The notes under the pieces were generated by a model. The model was not told where the DNA came from, did not search any database, and was given only the letters and a program-made list of their open reading frames with translations. The translations under genes were made by a program, and so were the position numbers. Below, piece by piece: positions 19,725-29,820 of a stretch of 64,000 nt of DNA (the first letter of the stretch is position 1; each line of letters begins with the position of its first letter). The DNA is taken from the NCBI GenBank assembly GCA_963725585.1, contig CAVRYU010000005.1, forward strand, positions 132,671-196,670. The letters are read 5' to 3'. Origin of the DNA: an uncultured Bacteroidales bacterium. GTDB taxonomy: Bacteria > Bacteroidota > Bacteroidia > Bacteroidales > VadinHA17.

Positions 19725-19855
19725 TTCGGGTCAGGGAGATCGATTCTAGGTTAGTTTTTTGGGACCGCTCCGCGGTTTAAAGTCCGACTCAAAGAACCCT
19801 GAACAAAAGCCCCCTTTAGGCCTGCCCTGACCGAAGCGTCAGGGGGGTTGGGGGT
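19725..19855. repeat. Long-range inverted repeat with internal GC hairpins, upstream of ptrB
   Basis: TTCGGGTCAGGG (19725-19736) against CCCTGACCGAA (19825-19835). Internal ACCGC-TCC-GCGGT. A C5...G6 clamp at about 19810 and 19842. Confidence 0.55.
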
Positions 19856-19944
19856 GAAACAAATAGTTGTAACAAAGTACCTGGATATCTGAAAATTCTT
19901 TACTTTAAGCCCATTATTCATCAGCAATTTTATTTTCTATCACC

Positions 19945-22086
19945 ATGAAAAAAATATTTATATTACCGATTGTTTTGCTTGCAGTTATCCTGTTCTCCAG
20001 CTCATGCAAAAACACAGTTAAACCTCCTGTTGCCGAAAAAATTCCCCACCAGCTATTCGACAACCGAACCGATAATTATTTCTGGATGCGTTTGAGCGAT
20101 GATCAGAAAACTGCCTCTATTCCTGACGAACAGACAAAAAAAGTGCTTGACTACCTTAAAAAGGAAAATGAGTATGCCAAAGCAACAATGAAACATACTG
20201 AAGATCTTCAGAAAGCACTTTATAATGAAATGGTGGGAAGAATTAAAAAGGATGATGAATCAGTCCCGTACCTTGAAAACGGATACTATTATTATACAAA
20301 ATACTCTGAAGGCAGGGAATATCCTGTCCATTTCCGGAGAAAAGGATCCCTGGAGGCTCCCGAAGAAGTGATCCTTGATGAAAACAAACTGGCTGAAGGA
20401 CAGGAGTTTTGCTCGGTAGGTGAGCTGAGTGTAAGTCGGGATGGAAGACTCCTTGCATATAGTATCGATACTGTAAGCCGACGACAATATGATATTTATT
20501 TCGTCGATCTAGAAACAGGAAAACTACTTCCCGAAAAGATTGACTCTGTAGCTGGTCAGATGGTTTGGGCAGCAGACGGGAAGACTCTTTTTTATACCGG
20601 GAAGGATCCTGAAACGCTCAGGGAAGATAAGATCTTACGTCATACGCTGGGTGAGAATATTATAAGTGATGACACTGTTTACCTTGAAACCGACGAAACA
20701 TTCAGCGTCTATCTGTCTGAGACAAAAAGCAAAAAATATATAGTTATTCAGTCAGAGCAGACTCTTACAACCGAAGCCCGGCTTATAGATGCATATAAGC
20801 CATATTCTCCCCCGGTTATTTTTGAACCACGAAAGGTGAATCATGAATATGAGATAGACCATTTAGGAAGTGAGTTTTTTATCAGGACCAATTCTGACAG
20901 TGCATCAAACTTTAAGCTGATGAAAACTCCGGAAGGCAAAACTGCAAAGAAAAACTGGACAGACGTAATACCTCACAGAAGCGATGTTCTATTTGAAGGA
21001 TTTGAACTCTTTGACAATTACCTGGTGAGCAGTGAACGCGTTAAGGGCCTTAGCAACCTGAGGATCATTAATGCAAAAGATAAGAGTGAACATTATCTCG
21101 ATTTTGGTGAAGAGACATATACCGCCGGCATCAATATCAATCCAAACTCCGACACCGATATTCTGAGATACAGTTATACCTCACTTACTACACCCGGCTC
21201 TGTTATAGATTATAACATGAAAACCAGGGAAAAAACGATAATGAAAGAGCAGGCTGTCCTTGGAGGTTTTGATAAGGCAAATTATGAGTCAAAGAGGTTA
21301 TGGGCAAAAGCACAGGATGGAACAATGGTGCCGGTATCGATTGTTTACAGGAAAGGATTTGTTAAGGACGGAAAAGCCCCGCTACTGATATATGGATACG
21401 GATCGTATGGCTATTCAACAAATCCGGGTTTTAACTCATCAGTTATAAGTCTTCTTGACCGCGGCTTTGCTTATGCCATGCCACATATACGGGGAGGCAG
21501 TGATATGGGCCGTTACTGGTATGAGGATGGAAAACTCTTCAAAAAGAAAAATACCTTCACCGACTTCAACGATTGTGCCCAGTTCCTTGTAAATGAGAAA
21601 TATACATCTCCCGACAGGCTTTTTGCAATGGGAGGTAGTGCAGGCGGCCTTCTGATGGGCGCGATCCTGAATATTAGACCTGACCTTTATAAAGGAGTGA
21701 TTGCTGCAGTCCCTTTTGTTGATGTCGTTTCTACCATGCTCGACGAGACAATCCCGCTTACGACTTTTGAATGGGATGAATGGGGCGATCCCAGGAAAAA
21801 AGAGTATTATGATTATATGTTATCCTATTCCCCCTATGATCAGGTTAAGGCAATGGACTATCCCAACATCCTGGTTACTACCGGCTTCTGGGATTCACAG
21901 GTTCAGTATTGGGAGCCTGCAAAATGGGTTGCAAAACTTCGTGATATGAAGACTGATGATAACGTTCTGATTATGGACTGCAACATGGATGTCGGACACG
22001 GTGGGGCATCAGGAAGATTTGAACGTTACAGGGTAACTGCTCTTGAATATGCATTTATTCTTGATCTTGCCGGAATTAAGAAATAG
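19945..22086 (+). CDS. ptrB: Oligopeptidase B / prolyl oligopeptidase family S9A (lipoprotein)
   Basis: 713 aa with lipobox LFSSSC, a beta-propeller N-half, the catalytic GGSAGGLLMG, and a C-terminal DVGHGG. Confidence 0.85.
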   Translation: MKKIFILPIVLLAVILFSSSCKNTVKPPVAEKIPHQLFDNRTDNYFWMRLSDDQKTASIPDEQTKKVLDYLKKENEYAKATMKHTEDLQKALYNEMVGRIKKDDESVPYLENGYYYYTKYSEGREYPVHFRRKGSLEAPEEVILDENKLAEGQEFCSVGELSVSRDGRLLAYSIDTVSRRQYDIYFVDLETGKLLPEKIDSVAGQMVWAADGKTLFYTGKDPETLREDKILRHTLGENIISDDTVYLETDETFSVYLSETKSKKYIVIQSEQTLTTEARLIDAYKPYSPPVIFEPRKVNHEYEIDHLGSEFFIRTNSDSASNFKLMKTPEGKTAKKNWTDVIPHRSDVLFEGFELFDNYLVSSERVKGLSNLRIINAKDKSEHYLDFGEETYTAGININPNSDTDILRYSYTSLTTPGSVIDYNMKTREKTIMKEQAVLGGFDKANYESKRLWAKAQDGTMVPVSIVYRKGFVKDGKAPLLIYGYGSYGYSTNPGFNSSVISLLDRGFAYAMPHIRGGSDMGRYWYEDGKLFKKKNTFTDFNDCAQFLVNEKYTSPDRLFAMGGSAGGLLMGAILNIRPDLYKGVIAAVPFVDVVSTMLDETIPLTTFEWDEWGDPRKKEYYDYMLSYSPYDQVKAMDYPNILVTTGFWDSQVQYWEPAKWVAKLRDMKTDDNVLIMDCNMDVGHGGASGRFERYRVTALEYAFILDLAGIKK

Positions 22087-22097
22087 CATTCATCCAA

Positions 22098-23884
22098 ATG
22101 AAAGAAAATACCCGGGCATTGCTGTTGTTCTGTCTTATGCTGGCCTCATGTGGAAAGCAACAGCATGAAGTTTTAATAGAAGCAGAAAGCTTTAAGGAGA
22201 AGGGAGGATGGGTTGTAGATCCGCAGTTTGTTGAACAGATGGGATCCCCTTATCTCCTTGCTCATGGACTTGGTTCCCCGGTTAAAAACGCCAAAACAAC
22301 AATCAATCTCCTTTCTAAAGGAAAATATTATATCTGGGTCAGAACAAAGAACTGGGCAGATGGTGAATGGGAAGCCCCGGGAAGGTTCCGGTTGCTTGTA
22401 AACGGTGAAGAACTGGAAGAAATTCTCGGTTCGGGTGAAGAAAAATGGAGGTGGCAGTACGCGGGCAGAATAGCAATAAAAGAGACTCCGGTTATTGTAG
22501 AACTTAAAGATCTGACCGGTTTTGAAGGAAGGTGCGATGCTGTTTTTCTGAGCCAGGTTAAAAAGGAACCCCCGGAAACCTCTGATGAATTGTCTTCGTG
22601 GCGAAAAGCACAGCTCGGGGAAACCGAAATACCTGTCAGATCAGAAGAATTTGATCTTGTTGTTGTGGGAGGGGGGATTGCCGGATGTGCAGCTTCAATC
22701 GCTGCTGCAGAACAGGGAATGAAGGTTGGACTGATCCACGATCGCCCTATACTCGGAGGAAATGCAAGCAGTGAGATAAGGGTACACACTGAAGGGATCA
22801 CGTGGAAATCGGACAGGATACTGAGCATGCTTAACACTGTCTGGTGGCCAAACGGATCACCTGATGCTGCCCAGGATGATAAAAAGCGGCATGATAATAT
22901 TAAAAGGTACGAAAACATAAAGGTATTCCTTGACTGGCGCGCTTTCAATGTTAACTCGCATTCTTTTTATGTGACTTCGGTTGACGCCAGGCATACTTCA
23001 ACAGGTGAAACAATGCGTTTTTCAGCGCCTCTGTTTGCCGATTGCACAGGTGACGGCTGGATCGGTTACTGGGCAGGAGCCGAATACATGTATGGCAGGG
23101 AGGATTCCCTTACCTATAAAGAGAACTTGGACAAATACAAGGAACTTTGGAGTCCTGTAACAGCTGATAACAAGATAATGGGTTCATCGGTACTATGGCG
23201 GACATTTGATTCAGGAACTCCTTCTGTTTTCCCTGATGTCCCGTGGGCAATGGATGTGGCCGGTGAATATTCGGCCATTTCAGGTACATGGAAGTGGGAA
23301 TTCTCGCGCAATGAACTTCATCAGGTTGATGATGCTGAGTTTATACGTGACCATATGTTCAGGGCAATTTATGGTTCGTTCTCCAATGCTAAAAAGAAAT
23401 CCGAAAATACTAACCAGGCTCTCGAATGGGTATCTTATCTTGTTGGTAAAAGGGAATCCAGGAGGTTGAAGGGGGATTACATCTACACATTCAAAGATGA
23501 GAAGAATATGGTAGAATTCCCCGATGCAGTGGTCATGGAAAAAAGAAATATTGATGTTCATTACCAGCAGATTGAGGCAGATTCATCACAGCCAGATTTT
23601 CTATCAGAAGCGCTTTATTATCAGGTTGACCATTATTATATACCTTACCGTTCGCTTTATTCAAGTGAACATCAATAATCTGTTTATGGCAGGCCGCTGC
23701 TTCAGCTAGTTCTCATATCGGACTCGGAGGGCCAAGGGTCATGAATACCACCGGACAAATGGGGGTAGCTGTTGGCTATGCTGCATCACTTTGCAAAAAA
23801 TATAACACGAATCCCCGTGGGATATACGAAAACCATATTGAGGAACTGAAAAGCCTGATTGATACATCAGGATCAATCGAATAA
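22098..23884 (+). pseudogene. FAD-dependent oxidoreductase with N-terminal carbohydrate-binding-like domain; C-terminus split over three frames
   Basis: The 526-aa ORF carries the Rossmann motif DLVVVGGGIAGCAASIAAAEQG. The family C-terminus continues as VNINNLFMAGRCFS (second frame, to 23709). It then continues as SSHIGLGGPRVMNTTGQMGVAVGYAASLCKKYNTNPRGIYENHIEELKSLIDTSGSIE* (third frame, stop at 23882-23884). Confidence 0.7.
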
Positions 23885-23893
23885 TGCAATAAC

Positions 23894-23924
23894 TGTAGAG
23901 ACGCCCAATTTGGGCGTCTCTACA
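23894..23924. repeat. Perfect palindromic repeat TGTAGAGACGCCCAATTTGGGCGTCTCTACA (family copy 1), likely terminator hairpin
   Basis: 31-bp perfect palindrome 10 nt after the oxidoreductase stop, between convergent genes. The same core occurs at 35204-35232 and 46062-46090. Confidence 0.85.
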
Positions 23925-23941
23925 AGTTGTATAATCATCTT

Positions 23942-23988
23942 GACCCCCTTAAGGTCTGCCTGCCACCAGGCAGGGGCTAGGGGGTGTC
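23942..23988. repeat. C5/G5-clamped nested hairpin element
   Basis: ACCCCCT (23943-23949) pairs with AGGGGGT (23979-23985), enclosing CTGCCTG-CCAC-CAGGCAG. Same architecture as 15925-15996. Confidence 0.7.
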
Positions 23989-23993
23989 TCACC

Positions 23994-25571
23994 TTAATTC
24001 ATCATCGGTACCCTCTGGTTCTGCTGCACGTTAACTTGCTGCTTTATCGCAGGTTTCCCCGGGAGCTTTGCATCCCTCATAGCTGCATTGTATGCAAATG
24101 ATGCGGTTATGATGGCATTCTGCCGCAGATCACTCATGACAAGTCTTTCATATGTATCCATAGGGGTGTGATAACCACGGTCATATTCAATCTCATCCTG
24201 AATGAACTGAAAGGCCGGAAGGCCGATTGCATCAAATGAAAGGTGATCGGTACCGCTTGTATTTCTGATAGTTATTGTTGTCGCTCCCATGTCGGCAAAT
24301 GGTTTGAGCCACTCCTCAAAAACAGGTCTGATCATATCATTTCCCTGAAGATAGATACCTCTGTATTTACCGCTTCCGTTATCCATGTTGAAGTATGCAG
24401 CAAACTTATCATAGTCAGGCTTATGTTCCCTGGTTTTTGAATCAGCAAGATATCTCTCCACATAACCACGCGAGCCGTTAAGTCCCTGCTCTTCACCACC
24501 CCATAATGCAACCCTGATAGTTCTTCGCGGAGCAACATCGAGGTTTTTTAGTATACGGAGAGCTTCCATCATAACTATACACCCTGAAGCATTGTCAGCG
24601 GCACCTGTTCCACCATGCCATGAATCTATATGTGCTCCTAAAAGTACCACTTCATTCTTCAGCAGCTTATCTGTACCAGGGATCTCGCCAATGACGTTGT
24701 AAATCTTTGGACTTGCAAAAAACTTATTCTGAATCTCAATCTCCATCTCCACAGGAACATTCCGTTTTAAAAGCCTTTCCATTCTGCCATGAGCTTCTGC
24801 CGGGAGGTTAAGTTCAGCAACTGGCTCCGGATTTCCGGCAGTATAATTTGCCCCGTTCGACCTTGGGACATTAAAGGTGCCTGAACTGTTCACTATAACT
24901 GCTGCACCTTCTGCTTTAATAAATTCTGAGATCTTTGTCCTGAGTGCCCTCTGAGCAGCAAAAGTCGCAAAGTCCCCGGTGGGCGACCTTCTTCCCTGCT
25001 GGCCCAATTCAGCCATCGAAAGTTTCTTAAGATCTTCGTCACTATACCTGCTTGCAAGAGGCTCATAGCTTACTTCATACGTTGTTGTTGAGGGCATCAT
25101 TACTATCTTACCGGTAAGCTTCCCCTTGTATTTTTCAAGATCTGCTTCAGCTTTTACATCCAATAGAATAACTTCTGATTTGATAAGACCTTTAGTACTG
25201 CCAGTCCAGGCGACCGGGTTACATGCAAAATTTACATAATAGGGAGCAGTCATTGCAGCATATGTTTTCAGGTTATCCCAACCGCCACGGCTGAAATCCC
25301 TGGCCTCTTCGATTCTTACGTTCTGGAAACCAAGCTCTTCCATCTTTTTCTTGGCCCATTCATTTCCTCTGGTTCCACCTGATGATCCCGTGAGCCTGGG
25401 GCCAACAAAATCAGTAAGCCCGGATGCCAGCTCTTCAATTGCTGAATTCCTCTGGCCTTCCTGCTTGATCTTGTAGATCATATTCAGGTCAACCTTCTCT
25501 GTCTGAGACATTAATAGTGACGGAATGAACATAAATAAATACGTGCCGAAAATAACTCTCCTGATTTTCAT
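23994..25571 (-). CDS. M28 family metallopeptidase with PA domain (secreted aminopeptidase)
   Basis: 525 aa with a signal peptide. Zn-ligand motifs GAHIDSWHGGTGAADNASGC and WGGEEQGLNGS, plus HTPMD. Confidence 0.85.
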   Translation of the reverse strand: MKIRRVIFGTYLFMFIPSLLMSQTEKVDLNMIYKIKQEGQRNSAIEELASGLTDFVGPRLTGSSGGTRGNEWAKKKMEELGFQNVRIEEARDFSRGGWDNLKTYAAMTAPYYVNFACNPVAWTGSTKGLIKSEVILLDVKAEADLEKYKGKLTGKIVMMPSTTTYEVSYEPLASRYSDEDLKKLSMAELGQQGRRSPTGDFATFAAQRALRTKISEFIKAEGAAVIVNSSGTFNVPRSNGANYTAGNPEPVAELNLPAEAHGRMERLLKRNVPVEMEIEIQNKFFASPKIYNVIGEIPGTDKLLKNEVVLLGAHIDSWHGGTGAADNASGCIVMMEALRILKNLDVAPRRTIRVALWGGEEQGLNGSRGYVERYLADSKTREHKPDYDKFAAYFNMDNGSGKYRGIYLQGNDMIRPVFEEWLKPFADMGATTITIRNTSGTDHLSFDAIGLPAFQFIQDEIEYDRGYHTPMDTYERLVMSDLRQNAIITASFAYNAAMRDAKLPGKPAIKQQVNVQQNQRVPMMN

Positions 25572-25599
25572 TTGTTTACGATAGTTTAAATTAGATTTT

Positions 25600-25607
25600 C
25601 AAAAATA
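25600..25607 (-). promoter_or_regulatory. Candidate -7 box (TATTTTTG on the minus strand) for the M28 peptidase gene
   Basis: Forward CAAAAATA is an exact TAnnTTTG on the minus strand, 28 nt upstream of the ATG at 25571. Confidence 0.35.
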
Positions 25608-25670
25608 GGAAAAATAGAAAGCCATTATCCGTCTGACGTTAATCATTTAACAATAGTTAACTTTGAGACC

Positions 25671-25741
25671 AGGTATCAGGCATCAGGCATCAGACGTCAG
25701 GCTGACGATTACCTGAAGCCTGTTGCCTGGCGCCCGACGCC
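25671..25741. repeat. Imperfect long hairpin whose arms are heptad tandem repeats
   Basis: 5' arm AGGTATC/AGGCATC/AGGCATC/AGACGTC. Centre CGTCA-GGC-TGACG. 3' arm CCTGAAG/CCTGTTG/CCTGGCG/CCCGACG. About 16 of 18 arm positions are complementary. Confidence 0.75.
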
Positions 25742-25759
25742 TTTTCACTTTTATCTTTT

Positions 25760-25767
25760 TACTTTTG
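25760..25767 (+). promoter_or_regulatory. Candidate -7 box (TACTTTTG) for mutS2
   Basis: Exact TAnnTTTG match ending 5 nt before the ATG at 25773, which implies a leaderless transcript. Confidence 0.3.
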
Positions 25768-25772
25768 TTATT

Positions 25773-28246
25773 ATGATTTATCCGGAGAATTTTGAGTCAA
25801 AGATAGGTTTTGACAGGATAAGGCGGCTGCTTACCGACAACTGTCTGAGCCCTATGGGAAAGGACCTTATTAATAGCATACGTTTTGAAAACAATAAGGA
25901 GGCAATCTCTTTTAAGCTCTCTGCAACTTACGAGTTCCAGCAGATCCTTCAGTTTGATGATTATTTTCCATCGGAAAACTATTTTGATCTGACTGCTTCT
26001 CTCAATAAGATAAGAGTTCCCGGATCGTTTCCGGAAGTTCAGGATGTTTTTGATCTAAAAAGGTCGGTTGAAACAGTAAAAGCGATAATCAGTTTTTTCA
26101 AAAAGAAGGAAGAAAAAGGTTACCCGGTTCTTAAATCAATATGCGGAACAGTAAAATTTTATCCATACGTCCTTGATTCGGCCGACAGGATAATTGATAA
26201 AGAAGGAAAGATCAGAGACAATGCCTCCCCCAGGCTGAAGGAGATCCGCAGTGAAATAGTGCAAAAAAGTATTCAGTCATCCCGGCGGCTGAATTCAATA
26301 CTAAAGCAGGCTCAGGCTGATGGACTGGTTGACGGCGATACAGCTGCCTCTGTCCGTAACGGACGCGGGGTAATACCCGTAAATACATATGACAAAAGAA
26401 AGATCAGGGGATTAATACATGATCAGTCAGCATCAGGAAAAACAGTCTTCATAGAACCAGATGAAATTGTTGAAATAAATAATGAGATTGTCGAGCTTGA
26501 ATATGAAGAGAGGAGGGAGATAGTCAGGATACTGACATCATTTGCCGATGATATAAGGCCGTATTTAGACGACCTGTTGGCCTCAAATGATTTTCTTGGT
26601 GAAATTGATTTCATCAGGGCAAAAGCTATTCTGGGGAATCAGCTTGGGTCAATAAAGCCTGTAATTTCTTCCTTTCAGGGCATATTCTGGAGGCATGCGG
26701 TCCATCCTCTTTTAAATATTGCATTCCGGAAACTGAAAGGAAGAAAAGTAATACCGCTTGATATAGTCCTTGAAGAAAAGAATAGAATCATTCTGATCTC
26801 AGGCCCGAATGCAGGCGGAAAATCCGTCTGCCTTAAAACAGTGGGTCTTCTTCAGTATATGATGCAGTGCGGCCTTACAATCCCTGTTGGGGAAGGTTCT
26901 GAATCGGGAATCTTTAATGATATTTTTATTGATATTGGTGATGAGCAGAGCATTGAAAATGACCTGAGTACTTACAGCTCGCACCTGATCAGTATGAAAT
27001 TCTTCGTTAAAAATGCAACAGACAGATCCCTCATACTGATCGATGAATTTGGAACGGGTACCGAACCTATGCTTGGCGGCTCAATAGCTGAAGCCATACT
27101 TGGTGAGTTCAATAAGTCAGGCTCCTATGGTGTAATAACAACACATTATACTAATCTAAAGCATTTCGCATCACTGACCGATGGTATAATTAATGGTGCA
27201 ATGCTGTTCGACAATAATCTTATGCAGCCTTTGTTTCAGCTCAGTATCGGCAAACCGGGAAGCTCTTTTGCATTTGAAATTGCACGGAAAATAGGACTTC
27301 CTGAAGAGATACTGAAAATCGCTTCCGAAAAAGCCGGGATCAAGAATATTAATTATGACCGTAACCTTAAGGATATTGCAAGGGATAAAAGGTACTGGGA
27401 GATGAAGAGGCAGAACATACGACAGCATGAAAAGCGGCTGGAGGAGCTTTTGGAACAGTATGAAAAGGAAATTTCCGGGGCAAAAAACCTAAGGAAGGAG
27501 ATAATTTCCAAAGCAAAAACAGAAGCGGAATCAATTCTGAGTGAAACGAACAGGATGATTGAAAACACAATCCGCCAGATAAAGGAATCCCAGGCAGAAA
27601 AAGAGAAGACAAAGGAGGCCAGACTGAAACTGGATGAATTCAGACAATCGGTTGCGGAAGAAACCAGGCATGTTGATACTTCATCTGAAGAGAAAGTAAT
27701 AAGACTGACAAGAAAGGTTAAAAAGCTTAAACCGGAACCTGTTGAAAGCAATCAATCAGTTCCTGAAAAAACAGAAAAGCCGTTTGTGGCTGGCGACGCT
27801 GTCAGAATGACTGATACAATGGCATCGGGAGAGATCATAAAGATCGAAAGCCGGATGGCTCAGATCGAAACAGGGAGTATGAGGCTTTTTGTTCCTTTGG
27901 ATAAGATTGAACGTATAAGCAAGGCAGAACTTAGAAAAAGTGTAAGATCCGAAAGCATTATGACTGAGAGAGATCCCTTATTATCCGGAGAAAACTCGAT
28001 TTCAAACCCGAAATAGATATCAGGGGTGTAAGGGGAGAAGAGGCAATAAACCAGGTGCGCGATTTTCTTGATAATGCCCTGATGGTCCAGCATCGGAACC
28101 TCCGTATCCTTCATGGAAAAGGAAACGGCATTCTGCGACAGCTCGTCAGGGAATATCTGTCGACAATGAATATTGTCAAATCCTACAGGGATGAAAATAT
28201 TGACCTGGGAGGATCGGGGATAACTGTTGTTGAGATGGATTATTAG
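25773..28246 (+). pseudogene. mutS2: Endonuclease MutS2; C-terminal Smr domain out of frame
   Basis: The 747-aa ORF has the MutS ATPase (ISGPNAGGKSV, LILIDEFGTGTEP) and a K/E coiled coil. The Smr domain (KLDFKPEIDIRGVRGEEAINQVRDFLDNA..LRILHGKGNGILR..) reads on in another frame to 28246. One extra A in the A4 run at 27991-27994 would fuse the two frames. Confidence 0.8.
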
Positions 28247-28303
28247 ATGTAATTACATTGTAATTACATCAATGTATGAATTTTTTTCCGCTGTATAATT
28301 GGA

Positions 28304-28599
28304 AGAATGGATTGAGATTCCTCATTTCGCTACGCTACATTCGGAATGACAATTCATTTGGTGGTTAATGGGGCTGTAAAGTCCACCACCTCCCCCTGGC
28401 ACTTCGGCCAGGGTACTCCTCCTCAGGGAGGAGGAGAAAGTTAATCCATTGTTAATCTTCACTTTCCCCTCCTTTGCCAAGGAGGGGTGTCATCCGTCAG
28501 CTGACGGATGACGGGGTGGTTAAAACACTTTTGAGACAGCCCCTAACTGACCTTAAGAATACCTGTCATTCCGAACGAAGTGAGGAATCTTATTCATTC
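28304..28599. repeat. ~300-bp composite nested inverted-repeat element (MITE-like or structured RNA)
   Basis: The termini are inverted GTCATTCCGAA..GAGGAATC units (28304-28350 and 28564-28599). Inside lie GGGGCTGT/ACAGCCCC and CCACC/GGTGG pairings. Four tandem hairpins follow: CCCTGGC-ACTTCG-GCCAGGG, CTCCTCCTC-AGG-GAGGAGGAG, CCCCTCCTT-TGCC-AAGGAGGGG, and the palindrome CATCCGTCAGCTGACGGATG. GTAATTACAT copies flank the element at 28249, 28260 and 28604. Confidence 0.8.
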
Positions 28600-28739
28600 A
28601 GAAGTAATTACATTCATTTTAAAATGATGGTTATAAAGGATAATTAGTCCAAAGGTAAGTGGCCAGGGGAGGGTTATATGAAAAAAAAGGGACATTTTTA
28701 ATCTGTCCCTTTACTACTGTCCATTAGTATCCATTCTTT

Positions 28740-29820
28740 TCAATATAGCCTGACTGATCCGTATGAAGCAGTTACCTTAACTTTGGCTGTTGGAGAACTA
28801 TCCTTACCGACAATACCTGTTGTTTCGCTTGAGTTGTTCTCTACTATCCGCCGCTGATGCTGAAAATTGTTTTCATCGAACTTAAGATCACCATACGATG
28901 TTCTGGCATCCAGCTACATAGCTGGCATCACTTTCGATTCCATACCGTACTCCAATATACCTTGAATCTGATTCAATCATCTCGAACCCTGCAGGTATCC
29001 TGTCCACAGTGATGGAGCCGTATCCGCCGTTAAATTTTAATCTTTTTGTAAGCTCTCCTACATTAATGTCGGTGTATCCGGCATCAAGAACCAGGTTGTT
29101 GATATTTTCTATTTCAACCTTGTCATATTTTGTTTCGCCAACAACCGAACTTATATTCTCGATCTGAATCTTCGAATATTTACTGTCAAGCAGAAGTGCC
29201 TGGCATTTCTCAATATTAAAACTTCCTGCATATCTTATTGTGGCATCAAGCCATCCTGCTGATTGAATATCAGCTTTTCCGTAGGCAAGACTTAAATAAT
29301 TCATCGGCTTTTCATTGCCCCTGGCAAGGTTATCAGCTTGCAGATCACCATATTTGATATCGAGTTTTACAAGTCCTTTAATCTCTTCAAGCTCTGAATT
29401 GCCATATCTGTTTGCCAGGGTAAAATTGATCCTCGACGGCATATTTACTTTATAATCAATGCTGAAACGTTTTGAACCGCTTCCCCAGCCTGAAAAATTG
29501 AATTTTTCGTCGATTACTGTCTTTGCCTTTAACAGGTCACCCTCTTCTGAGAATTGCACATCAATATAATCCAGAAGCTTTTGTGCACGCTCTCTGCTAC
29601 CTAGTTCAACTGTTACCTTAACATCAATTGTGATCTGATCCTGATCGGATGTCCCAACAATAACATTCCCATACCTGTTGTTGATATCGAGAGTTGTATT
29701 GGCACCTGCATTCCACTCCTTGTGAAATTCCTTTGATACCTCCTGTGCAAATGAAACTGCCGAAGCAAGGTATACTAAGAATACAAGGATTAAGCCTGAT
29801 TTATAGACTTGATTTTTCAT
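28740..29820 (-). pseudogene. DUF4097-type beta-strand repeat protein (putative adhesin); C-terminus out of frame
   Basis: ORF 28888-29844 (start probably the ATG at 29820, signal peptide LASAVSFAQE). Repeats YGN..V and YGDL are present. The C-terminus LDARTSYGDLKFDENNFQHQRRIVENNSSETTGIVGKDSSPTAKVKVTASYGSVRLY* continues in another frame from 28913 to 28740. Confidence 0.65.

Noticed and set aside
22328-22948. Long antisense ORFs: 206 aa here, plus 6956-7420, 6521-6937, 27353-27751, 33642-34211 and 32039-32449
   Set aside because: All lie fully inside well-supported genes on the opposite strand. Their composition is low-complexity S/P/L/F-rich, typical of shadow ORFs.
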